The notes beneath the pieces were generated by a model that was not told the origin of the DNA, ran no database searches, and saw only the letters and a program-made list of their open reading frames with translations. 61,032 nt of DNA from Oligoflexia bacterium (GTDB lineage Bacteria > Bdellovibrionota > UBA1018): positions 1 through 61,032 of the forward strand of contig CAIUGE010000102.1 of NCBI GenBank assembly GCA_903898645.1, written 5' to 3'. Positions 11,481 through 21,578 of the stretch are shown here, piece by piece. A program made the translations under genes and the position numbers. The first letter of the stretch is position 1. Every line of letters starts with the position of its first letter.

Positions 11481-11794
11481 ATCGTACTATGAAGACACAA
11501 GACGAACAATACCAATCACTTCAGTTAAATATACTGAAAGTCGGATTCCACCATGAGTAGCCAAGTCGAGTAATCAAATAGAACTAAATTTCCTCATATA
11601 CTTCTACTACAAATAGCACTTTCTATCCTTTGACGTACGTCAATTTGTCGGCACTATAAAAAACGTAGAGATTACTCTATCACCCCTTTGTCTTATGCAC
11701 CACGTTAGCACGTGTAAAAGCAAAATAACCATGCTCCATGACCATAAGTGCAATCAGCGACCGATGCCATACCCGCATTCTTAACAAGATCTCA

Positions 11795-14700
11795 TCAGGA
11801 AGCAATCAGCCGTACAACTTGAGGACCAAAAAGTTTTTTGATCGCACCAAGAAAGCTCGGAGTCGCCTCAATAGACAATGCCTCTGGCACCTGAAGCATT
11901 GAACGGAATTGAGGCGCATCAAAGACAAGCTGTACACGCACCTTACCTCTCTCAAGAAGCATGAGGCGCTTCAACTCTCGCAATTGATCCGGCGTTACCT
12001 GATGCATATCAACACGAATCTGCACTGCTTGAATCTTCATATGTTTTGAGGCCAAAGGCTCTACATGCTTAGCAAGCATTTTTATTTGGTCGTCTTTAAT
12101 CTCAAGCTCAGCTGTAACAACAACAGGCTCAGCATCAATCACTGCCCGACGAGCGCCTTCTGCACAAACAGTAAATGCTTCAGGGAAAAAGACGACTTCC
12201 AATTTTCCATGCGCATCTTCGAGCTCAGCAAAGGCCATACGAGCACCTTTCTTTGTTGTCACCTCCTTAAACTGGGTCATAATGCCAGCAAGACGAATAG
12301 TTGATTTTTTGGGAGTACCACGACTAACTTTACGAATCTTCTCTGTAGACCAGCCTAAGACTTGCTCACAGATCTCCTGCCAACTGTCCATAGGGTGCCC
12401 GGAGACATAAAAGCCAACAACCTCACGCTCACGAGCAAGCTTCTTGGACAAAGCCCAATCTTCTTCCTTTTTGAAAATCTTATTCATTGGCGTATAAAGC
12501 TTCACCTGATCCTGTGTCAACTCATCAAAAAGAGAACTCTGTCCAAGCTCACGCTCTTGCTGCTCATCACCTGCATGCTCAAGGACTGTTTCTAAAGACG
12601 CAAAAAGACTAGCACGATTCACTTCAGCAATGCTATCGAGAGCACCTGATAAACAAAGCGCCTCCATAACCTTTTTATTGAGCTTACGGGTAGCGACACG
12701 CTTACAAAGATCCAATACACCGGTAAAAGGACCATCTTTTGCACGCGCCTCAAGGAGTGCATCCACTGCAATACTCCCAACACCTTTGATAGCTTCAAGT
12801 CCAAAACGAATACCACCTGATTTCTCTACGCTAAACTTGCGTTCAGAAAAATTCACATCAGGAGGAAGGATCGCAATACTATGTTGACGAGCATCATGAA
12901 TGTATTTGGTAATTTTTTCCGTTGTATCCATTTCTGTCGTCATCAAAGCTGCCATAAAGGCTGCTGGATAATGCGCCTTTAAATATGCTGTTTGGTACGT
13001 CAAAATACCATATGCCGCTGAATGAGATTTATTAAAACCATACTCGGCAAATTTAGCCATAAGATCAAAAATAGCTTCAGCCTTCTGAGCTGCAAAGCCC
13101 AGCTTCTCCGCGCCTGAGACAAAAAGAGAACGATGCTGCGCCATCTCATCGACTTTTTTCTTACCCATAGCACGCCTCAAAAGATCGGCCTGACCAAGCG
13201 AATAACCCGCAAGCTCTCGCGCTATCTGCATGACCTGCTCCTGGTAGAGAATAACGCCATACGTGTCCTTCAGAATGGACGCAAGAGCTGGCACATCATA
13301 GACAATAGGCCGCCGCCCATGCTTACGCTCAATAAAATCATCCACCATCCCTGAACCGAGCGGTCCAGGCCGATACAGAGCATTAATAGCAGTCAGATCC
13401 TCAACTGATGAAGGTGCCAAACGCGCACAAAGATCTTTCATGCCTGAACTTTCTATCTGAAAAACCCCATCCGTATCAGCCGACCCAATGAGAACAAAAA
13501 CAGCCGGATCATCATAGAGAATCGTTTCCAACAAAAACTGGCTCTCGGGCGAACCAGGCTCCGCAATGCGGCGCACCATCTTGACCGCATTATCGATCAC
13601 AGTCAGCGTCTTAAGCCCTAAAAAGTCGAATTTTACCAGCCCTATAGTCTCAGCAAAATCTTTATCAAATTGCGTGACCAAATCACCATCACGCCCTACA
13701 TAAAGAGGACAGTAACTAACAACCGGCTTTTCAGTAATAATAACGCCTGCTGCATGTAGCCCCGCATTGCGATACAACCCCTCAATACGCTGCGCTGTCT
13801 GCATGACTTGTGCTATTTTAGGGTCAACCAGCATGCGGTCACGGAGTTTTGGCTCCTGATCAATAGCCTTTTTGACCGTCATATCTAGCTCATCCGGAAA
13901 AAGCTTAGTCAGCTGATCAGTCTCGCTAAACGAAAGTCCAAACACACGCCCAACGTCACGAACAGCGACTCTCGCCTGCAATTTTCCAAATGTAATGATC
14001 TGACATACATGATCTGAGCCGTACTTGCGGCTCACATAATCAATAACCTCTGATCTGCGCTCCTGGCAAAAATCAACATCAAAATCAGGCATACTAATAC
14101 GCTCTGGATTTATAAAACGCTCAAAAAGCAGATTGAATTCAAGAGGATCAATATCAGTAATACGCAAACTGTAAGCAACAAGAGAACCTGCGCCTGATCC
14201 ACGACCCGGACCAACAGGAATGTCATTTGTTTTAGCCCAATTAATAAAATCAGCCACGATAAGAAAATAACCAGCAAAGCCTGTCTGCACAATCATGGCA
14301 AGTTCACTATGTAATCGTGCATCATATTCTGGACGTTTTGATCCCTTTTTTACAAATCCTGGCTCTGTAAAACGCCTCTCAAGGCCTTTTTTTGATTCAG
14401 CCACAAAGTAGGCGACCGCATCAAAATCTTCCTTACAAACGCCTTCAGGATAAAATTGAGGAAGATGATAGATCTGACGACCCTTAGAATCACGGAATTG
14501 AAAATCAAGGTTGCATTTTTCAGCGATTAAAACAGTCATATCGCAGGCATCAGGGAATCGAGTAAAACTTTCCCGCATGCGCTCTTCTGATTGGAAATAA
14601 AAACTTGCTGGAGACAAACTCTTCGGCCGATCAGGATCAAGATTACGCCCATGTTCAATACAAGCAAGCACCTCGTGCGCATCTGCGTCACATGCCTCTA

Positions 14701-15352
14701 AATAATGACAATCAGCTGTTGCAACAAGCGGCACCCCTGAACGCTGAGAAAGCGCAAGCATTGCTTCATTGACCTGCTCTTGCTCAGGCATGCCTGTATT
14801 TTGAATCTCAAGATAGAAATTATCACCAAAGCGTTTTTGAAACCACACCAAGGATGCCATGGCTTCTTCTTCTTGCCCCATAAGCAAATTGTAGGGAATT
14901 TCTCCCTTCAAACATCCCGATAAAACAATAAGCCCGTCCCCATAGCGAGACAAAAGCTCCCTATCGACAATCGCCCTTGGACCCATGGACTGCTTTTGTA
15001 GAGGAGCGGCCGTTTTATAAGAAGCAGTGACCATCTGACAGAGGTTTTGGTACCCCAGAAGCGATTGACACAAGACAACCAAATGATGTGCAGGGATCAC
15101 ATGCTGACCACTCATTGATGGTGATACGACACGCCCAAAAGGTGCATAATAAAGCTCACAGCCAATAAGAGGCTTTATGCCACGCTTTTTCGCTTGCTGA
15201 TAAAAATCAATGGCCCCAAAAAGATTATGCGTATCGGTCATAGCCACAGCCGGCATACCGAAAGCGACACATTGGTCTAAGAGCGCATCAACATGCAGCG
15301 CACCTTGAAGGAGACTATACTGCGTGTGAACGTGAAGATGCACAAAGGCCAT
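11795..15352 (-). CDS. dnaE: DNA polymerase III subunit alpha
   Basis: 1185-aa ORF with the PHP motif FVHLHVHTQYSLLQGA, then GRGSGAGSLVAYSLRITDIDPL, PDFDVDF, HAAGVIIT, and a C-terminal OB region. Confidence 0.97.
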   Translation of the reverse strand: MAFVHLHVHTQYSLLQGALHVDALLDQCVAFGMPAVAMTDTHNLFGAIDFYQQAKKRGIKPLIGCELYYAPFGRVVSPSMSGQHVIPAHHLVVLCQSLLGYQNLCQMVTASYKTAAPLQKQSMGPRAIVDRELLSRYGDGLIVLSGCLKGEIPYNLLMGQEEEAMASLVWFQKRFGDNFYLEIQNTGMPEQEQVNEAMLALSQRSGVPLVATADCHYLEACDADAHEVLACIEHGRNLDPDRPKSLSPASFYFQSEERMRESFTRFPDACDMTVLIAEKCNLDFQFRDSKGRQIYHLPQFYPEGVCKEDFDAVAYFVAESKKGLERRFTEPGFVKKGSKRPEYDARLHSELAMIVQTGFAGYFLIVADFINWAKTNDIPVGPGRGSGAGSLVAYSLRITDIDPLEFNLLFERFINPERISMPDFDVDFCQERRSEVIDYVSRKYGSDHVCQIITFGKLQARVAVRDVGRVFGLSFSETDQLTKLFPDELDMTVKKAIDQEPKLRDRMLVDPKIAQVMQTAQRIEGLYRNAGLHAAGVIITEKPVVSYCPLYVGRDGDLVTQFDKDFAETIGLVKFDFLGLKTLTVIDNAVKMVRRIAEPGSPESQFLLETILYDDPAVFVLIGSADTDGVFQIESSGMKDLCARLAPSSVEDLTAINALYRPGPLGSGMVDDFIERKHGRRPIVYDVPALASILKDTYGVILYQEQVMQIARELAGYSLGQADLLRRAMGKKKVDEMAQHRSLFVSGAEKLGFAAQKAEAIFDLMAKFAEYGFNKSHSAAYGILTYQTAYLKAHYPAAFMAALMTTEMDTTEKITKYIHDARQHSIAILPPDVNFSERKFSVEKSGGIRFGLEAIKGVGSIAVDALLEARAKDGPFTGVLDLCKRVATRKLNKKVMEALCLSGALDSIAEVNRASLFASLETVLEHAGDEQQERELGQSSLFDELTQDQVKLYTPMNKIFKKEEDWALSKKLAREREVVGFYVSGHPMDSWQEICEQVLGWSTEKIRKVSRGTPKKSTIRLAGIMTQFKEVTTKKGARMAFAELEDAHGKLEVVFFPEAFTVCAEGARRAVIDAEPVVVTAELEIKDDQIKMLAKHVEPLASKHMKIQAVQIRVDMHQVTPDQLRELKRLMLLERGKVRVQLVFDAPQFRSMLQVPEALSIEATPSFLGAIKKLFGPQVVRLIAS

Positions 15353-15357
15353 AGCAC

Positions 15358-15930
15358 CTATTCACTATCTTGGTCATCAGAAAACTCATACTGATCATCG
15401 TTATGGCGCTTTGCGCCAGGCACAAATCCATAGTATTTTTTTGCATCAGCCACATAATGAATCGCACTTTGCCTAATACGTGTGCACTCCTTATCATCAA
15501 GGGCACGAATAAGCCTCGCAGGCGATCCATAAATCAAGCTACGAGGAGGAAAGATCTTCCCTTCTGTCACTAAGGATCCAGCTCCTACAATAGAATTCTC
15601 AGCAATCACTGCGCCATCCATAATTATTGAGCCCATGCCAACCAAAACACTATCATGAATGGTGCAGCCATGCAGAAGCACCCGATGCCCTACTGTCACC
15701 CCATTCCCAACAGTCAAAGCCCACTCATCACGTGTTACATGCAGAACACTTTGATCCTGGATATTTGTACGCTGCCCAATATGAATCTTATGCACGTCGC
15801 CACGCACAACACACTGAAACCAGATACTCGATAATGCACCTACATGCACATGACCAATAACATCAGCAGAAGAAGCCACGAAAGCTGTCTCATGCACGTC
15901 TGGCCAAATCCCCTGGTACGCAAGAATCAT
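15358..15930 (-). CDS. Gamma-carbonic-anhydrase-family / hexapeptide-repeat protein (YrdA/PaaY-like)
   Basis: 190-aa ORF with left-handed beta-helix hexapeptide repeats (VIGHVHVGALSSIWFQCVVRGDVHKIHIGQRTNIQDQSVLHV). Confidence 0.8.
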   Translation of the reverse strand: MILAYQGIWPDVHETAFVASSADVIGHVHVGALSSIWFQCVVRGDVHKIHIGQRTNIQDQSVLHVTRDEWALTVGNGVTVGHRVLLHGCTIHDSVLVGMGSIIMDGAVIAENSIVGAGSLVTEGKIFPPRSLIYGSPARLIRALDDKECTRIRQSAIHYVADAKKYYGFVPGAKRHNDDQYEFSDDQDSE

Positions 15931-17333
15931 AGCAATTCTCCAAACAAGCTAAGTCGTGACGCACGCGTAATGCGCACCTTGACATACTGACCACGCAAAT
16001 CACGAGGATTTGGTGCAAGCTTGATCATTTTAAAGCACGATGTTCGCCCTATCCATCCATCTTTTTGCGCATTTTCCACAAGAACCTCAACTTCTTTGCC
16101 TACCATTGCTTGAAACTTTTTCTTAGAAATTTCTCCTTGAAATGCTAGTAACTCATTGAGTCGAGATTTTTTCTCCTCAGTACTCACATCATCAATCATC
16201 TGTTCAGCCCGCGTCCCAGGTCGCGGAGAATAGGCAAAAGCATAGACCTGATCATACTCAACGCACGCTAAAAGTTCGAGCGTTGCTTCAAAATCAGCCC
16301 GTGATTCTGTTGGAAAACCAACAATGATATCACTTGTGATACCAATATCCGGACAAAGGGTTCGCAATTGCTGCATCTGTGCAAGATAAGGCGCAATCTC
16401 ATGGTGACGCCCCATTTTTTGCAAAATACGATCTGATCCGCTTTGGACAGGCAGATGAAGATGGTGCGCAAGTTTTGTTAAAACCCCATACATACCAATA
16501 AGCTCGTCACTGCAATCAAGGGGATGACTTGACGTAAACCGCACTCTCTTCAACGATTCAAGCCGGGGATCGTGCTCCAGTGCCACTAAAAGTTGAGGGA
16601 AATTTTCATCTCCTTCCCGAGGCCCAACACGCCCTATCTGGTTGGTAAGCACCCGTGGCGACCGACCTTGATGCTCTCTATTACCCTTCCCAAAGGAATT
16701 CACATTTTGCCCTAAAAGGGTCACCTCGCGCACACCCTGCTCAACAAGCACTGCAACATCATTCAAGACTTCCTGAATCGTCCGGGACTTTTCCTTCCCA
16801 CGCGTAAATGGAACAATACAGTATGTACAGTACTTATCGCACCCCTTCATGATATTAACATAGGCCTGAGCACTAGGAGCCGCAAGATGCGTATGATGGA
16901 CATAAGGCACATCACGAGCATCGTGTTTTGTTTCTATAATACGCTTCTCACCCTGTTGGGCACGCCAAATAATCTGAGGAAGTTGACCAATACTATCAGT
17001 ACCAAGGATAAAGTTGAGATGAGGGGCGCGAGCAAAAAGGCTTTCTTTCTCAAGCTGACCCACACACCCACCTATACCGATCAAAGGCAAGGTCTCTTTA
17101 GTTCTTTTCTTAAGACGTCGCAACTCACCAAGAGCTGACACCACTTTATGGACAGCCTTCTCTCGGATAGAACAACCATTAAGAACAATGACATCAGCGT
17201 TGTCCATAACATCAGCCAAAGACATCCCTTGCTTGAGCAAAAGAGCCTTCATCTGATCGCTATCAGCAACGTTCATCTGACAGCCAAAAGTTTCTATATA
17301 AACGCTTCCTGAAAGCTGTGGAGAGTTTTGCAT
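15927..17333 (-). CDS. miaB: tRNA-i6A37 methylthiotransferase MiaB
   Basis: 468-aa ORF with VYIETFGCQMNVADSDQM, the radical-SAM motif GCDKYCTYCIVPFTRGKEKSR, and a C-terminal TRAM-like end. It overlaps the downstream gene by 4 nt. Confidence 0.9.
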   Translation of the reverse strand: MQNSPQLSGSVYIETFGCQMNVADSDQMKALLLKQGMSLADVMDNADVIVLNGCSIREKAVHKVVSALGELRRLKKRTKETLPLIGIGGCVGQLEKESLFARAPHLNFILGTDSIGQLPQIIWRAQQGEKRIIETKHDARDVPYVHHTHLAAPSAQAYVNIMKGCDKYCTYCIVPFTRGKEKSRTIQEVLNDVAVLVEQGVREVTLLGQNVNSFGKGNREHQGRSPRVLTNQIGRVGPREGDENFPQLLVALEHDPRLESLKRVRFTSSHPLDCSDELIGMYGVLTKLAHHLHLPVQSGSDRILQKMGRHHEIAPYLAQMQQLRTLCPDIGITSDIIVGFPTESRADFEATLELLACVEYDQVYAFAYSPRPGTRAEQMIDDVSTEEKKSRLNELLAFQGEISKKKFQAMVGKEVEVLVENAQKDGWIGRTSCFKMIKLAPNPRDLRGQYVKVRITRASRLSLFGELL

Positions 17334-17334
17334 A

Positions 17335-17907
17335 CTATCTGTGCTGGAGAGTATAGCTCAAAATCATATTTTCGACCAGTCCATAGATAACAAAGCTTCC
17401 TGTCAACCCAGCACCCTTAAGCATAGCCCAAGCAAAGGTCGACCAACGAAAGGCTGCCCACGCTGACAAGGCTGCATGGAAGGCAAAGAAAAAACTCATC
17501 CTTGCAGTCATCGCCTGGTAGTGCTCTTGAAAAATAGGCCTCGCACCATCCGGTATGAACGCTATACCCAACTTCTTTGTATGCAGCTCGATAGCTGAAA
17601 GGAGAAAGTCATTATTCTTGAACCAAAAATACCCAAGCAACCCAGCAAAAACGACTTCCATAATACTTGGCTGAAGTTTCAGCCACATACCTTTTTGAGT
17701 TAAAACGGCCACTAGCCCAAGACCAAGAAGAAGGGCATTCGATCCCCAGGTCAGAGAATCAACGTGCCCCTCTGAAAACCACTCCCATATGATCTCGCCT
17801 ACTCCACACACGAGACCTGCAACCATCCCAAGAGTAGGTCCATAGAACGAATCAATAATAGCGAAGAGAACTACAGGAAGAACAACACCAAAAAGAAGAG
17901 CCCACAT
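17335..17907 (-). CDS. Polytopic inner-membrane protein, YciB/IspZ (septation protein A)-like
   Basis: 190-aa ORF with about 5 TM helices. Its length and hydrophobic pattern are similar to YciB. The assignment is tentative. Confidence 0.35.
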   Translation of the reverse strand: MWALLFGVVLPVVLFAIIDSFYGPTLGMVAGLVCGVGEIIWEWFSEGHVDSLTWGSNALLLGLGLVAVLTQKGMWLKLQPSIMEVVFAGLLGYFWFKNNDFLLSAIELHTKKLGIAFIPDGARPIFQEHYQAMTARMSFFFAFHAALSAWAAFRWSTFAWAMLKGAGLTGSFVIYGLVENMILSYTLQHR

Positions 17908-17935
17908 AGATACTCACTACCCTGAGCGATAACCC

Positions 17936-18253
17936 TTAGGCAAGCTGGATTCTTACGAGCCAACCTTCATCGAGGGGATCCTGCTCAACATTCTCAGGAT
18001 GATCCACCAAACCATCATTAACCTCGAGCACGATGCCTTCAAAATGACCCATCACCTCATAAGAACCTGACTCACCATTGAGCGTAGCAAGTGGCGTACT
18101 CTCATCGATTTTTTCGCCTTCCCCTACAAGTTCGACGCTCTCTAAAGAACCAATCTCAGAGATGACACGGTCCGTAACACCCACCGTAACAACCCGGCCA
18201 GCTCGAACAACCCAAATACGCCCATCTTCCAATTCCTCTGTAATGCGCACCAT
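17936..18253 (-). CDS. Glycine-cleavage H-protein-like protein lacking the lipoyl-lysine
   Basis: 105-aa ORF with the GcvH-like C-terminus IVLEVNDGLVDHPENVEQDPLDEGWLVRIQL. The position aligned to the lipoylated Lys (ESVKAAS) reads LNGESGS. Confidence 0.55.
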   Translation of the reverse strand: MVRITEELEDGRIWVVRAGRVVTVGVTDRVISEIGSLESVELVGEGEKIDESTPLATLNGESGSYEVMGHFEGIVLEVNDGLVDHPENVEQDPLDEGWLVRIQLA

Positions 18254-18432
18254 ACTTCCCCTTTGCTTAAGGGTGCATGAGTTCTAGTACAAGCGCAAGC
18301 GTCAACTCATTGACTCTTTGTGCAGACAGTCTCTATAAGAAGATCCCTTAATGCTCATGAAACCCCAAAACTCCACCGCATCAAGTCATAAAAAAATTGA
18401 CCGTATGCGTTATTTACTATATAATGCAGCCC

Positions 18433-19509
18433 ATGCGTCTCCTCGTGATAACATTTCTTATTGTTTCTGGATGTAGTGAAAAGCCAACACAAGAAGCCAT
18501 GACACTCGGTATTGCTGGCCCCCAAGCAGCCCACGAGGCCCTCAAATTCAAAATCATGCAACAATCGATCCCAGGACTCACAATTGATCCACTAGAATCT
18601 GATCACTTCACGATCCATTTTGACAGCAAGCCAGGTCCCAGCAAAGATGGTTTATTCAGTTTTGGGCATGTAGGCAAAACAAGTCTCCAAGGCTCTATTA
18701 AAAATAACGTCGTATACCCACATACAGGCTCAAGTTTTGAGATGCTCACGGTACTCTGGATTCTTGAAAAAAGCTATTCAACCGCCCTCCGTGTTTTTCA
18801 TCAGATCCAACCTAACCTGAGAAAACAACTCGCTCAAGCAGGAAAATTACCTGTTTTATACCACCCTAACTTGGAAACTGCAGGGTTTAATTTTAGTAAT
18901 GAGGCAAGAGATAACGCATTTTTTGCACTTCTAACAAATAAACGCCCATGCATTATACTTGTGCCATCAACTACCGTGACCAAAGTTCCACTAGCCTCAA
19001 ATATTCAAATTCTCGCGCATGAGTTCGGACATTATATTTTTTCAATAATATTTCCTTTCAATGAAATTCATGAAACTTTTTTAATACAAGGCCTCAATGA
19101 GTCATTTGCTGACTTTATGAGCTTTGCAGTCACTGAAAACACAAATATTCTTGGTGGAATGCTCTATAAAGATGACGTCATAAAAATAGGTCATCAAAGA
19201 AACTTTTCACTTGCACCTTTTACTTTGAAAGATCACATCGAAAACGATAACATATGTCACAAAACCCATAAACACTGCTGCCATGGCACCGCTATTGCTG
19301 CGGAATTTTACAAGATATACCTTGATAAGGTCAAAAATGGCATGACGCATGAGAAAGCGTGTGCCTGTATTTTTGATCTCTATATTCTTTTAATCAACTA
19401 TGTTTCAAATCGTAAATTCATAAATACAAACAAATTTAATGAAAGTCATCACGACCTCATACTGCGTGCATTCAAAATGATACTGAATGATAAGGGATTT
19501 ACATTATGA
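18433..19509 (+). CDS. Gluzincin-like (HExxH...E) metallopeptidase-fold lipoprotein
   Basis: The ORF runs 18397-19509. The likely start is ATG 18433 (or 18424), which gives MRLLVITFLIVSGC with a lipobox. Motifs are ILAHEFGHYIF and a downstream GLNESFADFMS. Confidence 0.55.
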   Translation: MRLLVITFLIVSGCSEKPTQEAMTLGIAGPQAAHEALKFKIMQQSIPGLTIDPLESDHFTIHFDSKPGPSKDGLFSFGHVGKTSLQGSIKNNVVYPHTGSSFEMLTVLWILEKSYSTALRVFHQIQPNLRKQLAQAGKLPVLYHPNLETAGFNFSNEARDNAFFALLTNKRPCIILVPSTTVTKVPLASNIQILAHEFGHYIFSIIFPFNEIHETFLIQGLNESFADFMSFAVTENTNILGGMLYKDDVIKIGHQRNFSLAPFTLKDHIENDNICHKTHKHCCHGTAIAAEFYKIYLDKVKNGMTHEKACACIFDLYILLINYVSNRKFINTNKFNESHHDLILRAFKMILNDKGFTL

Positions 19510-20024
19510 AGGTGCTCTTTATCGCTCTTACTGCACTCGCTCATCCATCAATCATATTAGGCATAGGCATAGTAGGTGCACCTAACAAAACATGGGGCAC
19601 AGAAGGTCTCCTCGGACTTCGAACAAACGCCTTCTCTGGCGCCTCTCTCACCTACCAGCTTCGCTATGGAAATACATCAAGTGCACATCAGCCTCTCGCG
19701 GGCGGACTAGACATCCAGCATCAAGATAATTCCCTAGGCCTTGAAATAGCCATTGCCTCACTCACCAACAACGGACTCACACCTACCCTCACCTTAGGTG
19801 GCGGAGCTATCTCCAGAACAACGCATGCGACAGCCGACAAAATCATCAGCAATACGGATGCTCTCAATGTCTCACACATTATTCCTTTTTTCTCAGCCCA
19901 GGTGGGAGCATCACTCAATTTTGACCCCACATTCGCCATTGAGCCCTTCCTCAGGTCGGCAAAAAACTTCTCCGACCCAGGCCTCCTCTGGAGCTATGGC
20001 GCAACGGCAAAAGTACACCTTTAG
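19506..20024 (+). CDS. Small outer-membrane beta-barrel-like protein (hypothetical)
   Basis: 172-aa ORF with a signal-like N-terminus and alternating hydrophobic/polar strands (SLTYQLRYG, LGLEIAIASL, PTLTLGGGAI, VGASLNFD, WSYGATAKVHL). An ATGA overlap links it to the upstream gene. Confidence 0.4.
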   Translation: MKVLFIALTALAHPSIILGIGIVGAPNKTWGTEGLLGLRTNAFSGASLTYQLRYGNTSSAHQPLAGGLDIQHQDNSLGLEIAIASLTNNGLTPTLTLGGGAISRTTHATADKIISNTDALNVSHIIPFFSAQVGASLNFDPTFAIEPFLRSAKNFSDPGLLWSYGATAKVHL

Positions 20025-20085
20025 CTGTCACTTGAGACGCATCCACATAGCTACATAATTTTGTCAGATATTCCGATACAAATGC

Positions 20086-21555
20086 ATGAGAAAAAAGACT
20101 CTCATAACAATGATCTCCATTTTCTTAACAGCAGAATCAGTAGCAACAGGGGCTGAGAGCCCCACTCCAGCTATCCTAGGAACATCTGCCACGACTCAAG
20201 CTACCACAAACAACATGGGTATGATGGGTGGCATGGGCGGCATGGGCGGCATGGGCATGATGGGCGGCATGGGCATGGGTGCCCCCACAAATTGCGAAAA
20301 CTCATCTCATGCAGCAGGAACACAGTACGGCTGCGCTGGTACAGGAGCTCTTATTACTGGCGTACAAATGACATCTATGATGGCTCAGCAAAGCGGCTCA
20401 GCTATTGTTGCAACTATAGGTAACGCAAATGCAATGGCAGCTCAGCAAAGCGGCAATATGCAAACTATGCTCAATAATCAAGCAAATAGCATGGATGATG
20501 CCGCGTACACACAGCTGGCTATTGGCGCCGCTCAACTGGCAGCAGGCGCACTCGAAATGGGATTAGCCTCACAGCACAGCAAGAATGCTACAGCCTTTCA
20601 GGGAGCAGCGCACGCTCAACTCTTAGGGAAAGACGGAAGCACAGACTTTACATCTACAGATAAAATGGCGCAGGATATCATTACAAATACAAATACAAAA
20701 GCAGCAATCGCATTAACAGCGGACACAAAAAAAGAGGCCGAAAGCACTGCTACAACCCAGATAAACGATCTTGCTCATAGGGCCTCAAATGAACAAGGAA
20801 TGATCGCCTCCTCAGCCATGATTGCAGGCATGATGAGCCTAGCTCAAGGAGGTATGCAGATGGCCCACGGTGGACTTGGACTCCAATCTGCAAACAATCT
20901 TCGCCAACAAGCGGCAGCATATGCAAGCACCGATACAGCACCTGTAATCAGTGCCCCTAACCTCAATCCAACTGACTTATCCAACACTGCGCAGAGCGCT
21001 GGAGGCACCAATGCCATCACTTCTGACTCAATAGCGGCAAGTGGACCTGCATCAGCACCAAGTGCTGCACCAAGTGGAGGCATACCCAATCTTGGCCCTA
21101 GCTTTAATACCAATCAGCTCCCTCAAGGCATTCCATCTGGACCTCCAGCAGGGGCATTCACCATGGAACAAGCCAAACCACCTGAATCGGGCGCGGGCGA
21201 TAACGCTCCTGGTGCAGGTGGCGGCACACAAGCATCAGCAGAAAAAGCACAAGAAGAAGCCCAAGGCAAACTGGCTGCAACGCAAGGAGGCTCAGGTTAT
21301 TCTGCAGGCGGCATCTTCTCATCAGGCTCCACAGGTGGAGGGAAAGGCGCTGAAGGCGGCCCTGACCTCAATGCTCTGATGGAAAAATTCCTACCTAAAA
21401 AAGATGAAGGTATGAAACCCCAAAATAGCATTCTTGATTTTGGCCACGCAACGTCCTTATCTGATACAAATGCAGGTATTCTTGGTCCAGAAGGCAATAT
21501 TTTCCAACGCGTCCATGACACGTATCAGCAATCCAATCGTAATAGCACTATCTAA
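20086..21555 (+). CDS. Secreted low-complexity protein with an N-terminal Met/Gly tract
   Basis: 489-aa ORF with a classical signal peptide (MRKKTLITMISIFLTAESVATGA) and the tract MGMMGGMGGMGGMGMMGGMGMG. The body is rich in Q, A, G, S and T. The C-terminal motif is NIFQRVHDTY. Confidence 0.6.
   Translation: MRKKTLITMISIFLTAESVATGAESPTPAILGTSATTQATTNNMGMMGGMGGMGGMGMMGGMGMGAPTNCENSSHAAGTQYGCAGTGALITGVQMTSMMAQQSGSAIVATIGNANAMAAQQSGNMQTMLNNQANSMDDAAYTQLAIGAAQLAAGALEMGLASQHSKNATAFQGAAHAQLLGKDGSTDFTSTDKMAQDIITNTNTKAAIALTADTKKEAESTATTQINDLAHRASNEQGMIASSAMIAGMMSLAQGGMQMAHGGLGLQSANNLRQQAAAYASTDTAPVISAPNLNPTDLSNTAQSAGGTNAITSDSIAASGPASAPSAAPSGGIPNLGPSFNTNQLPQGIPSGPPAGAFTMEQAKPPESGAGDNAPGAGGGTQASAEKAQEEAQGKLAATQGGSGYSAGGIFSSGSTGGGKGAEGGPDLNALMEKFLPKKDEGMKPQNSILDFGHATSLSDTNAGILGPEGNIFQRVHDTYQQSNRNSTI
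20215..20280 (+). repeat. In-frame ATG/GGY microsatellite-like tract (22 codons of Met/Gly)
   Basis: atgggtatgatgggtggcatgggcggcatgggcggcatgggcatgatgggcggcatgggcatgggt. Confidence 0.9.
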
Positions 21556-21578
21556 AGATTCACTCTATAATCTGGAAT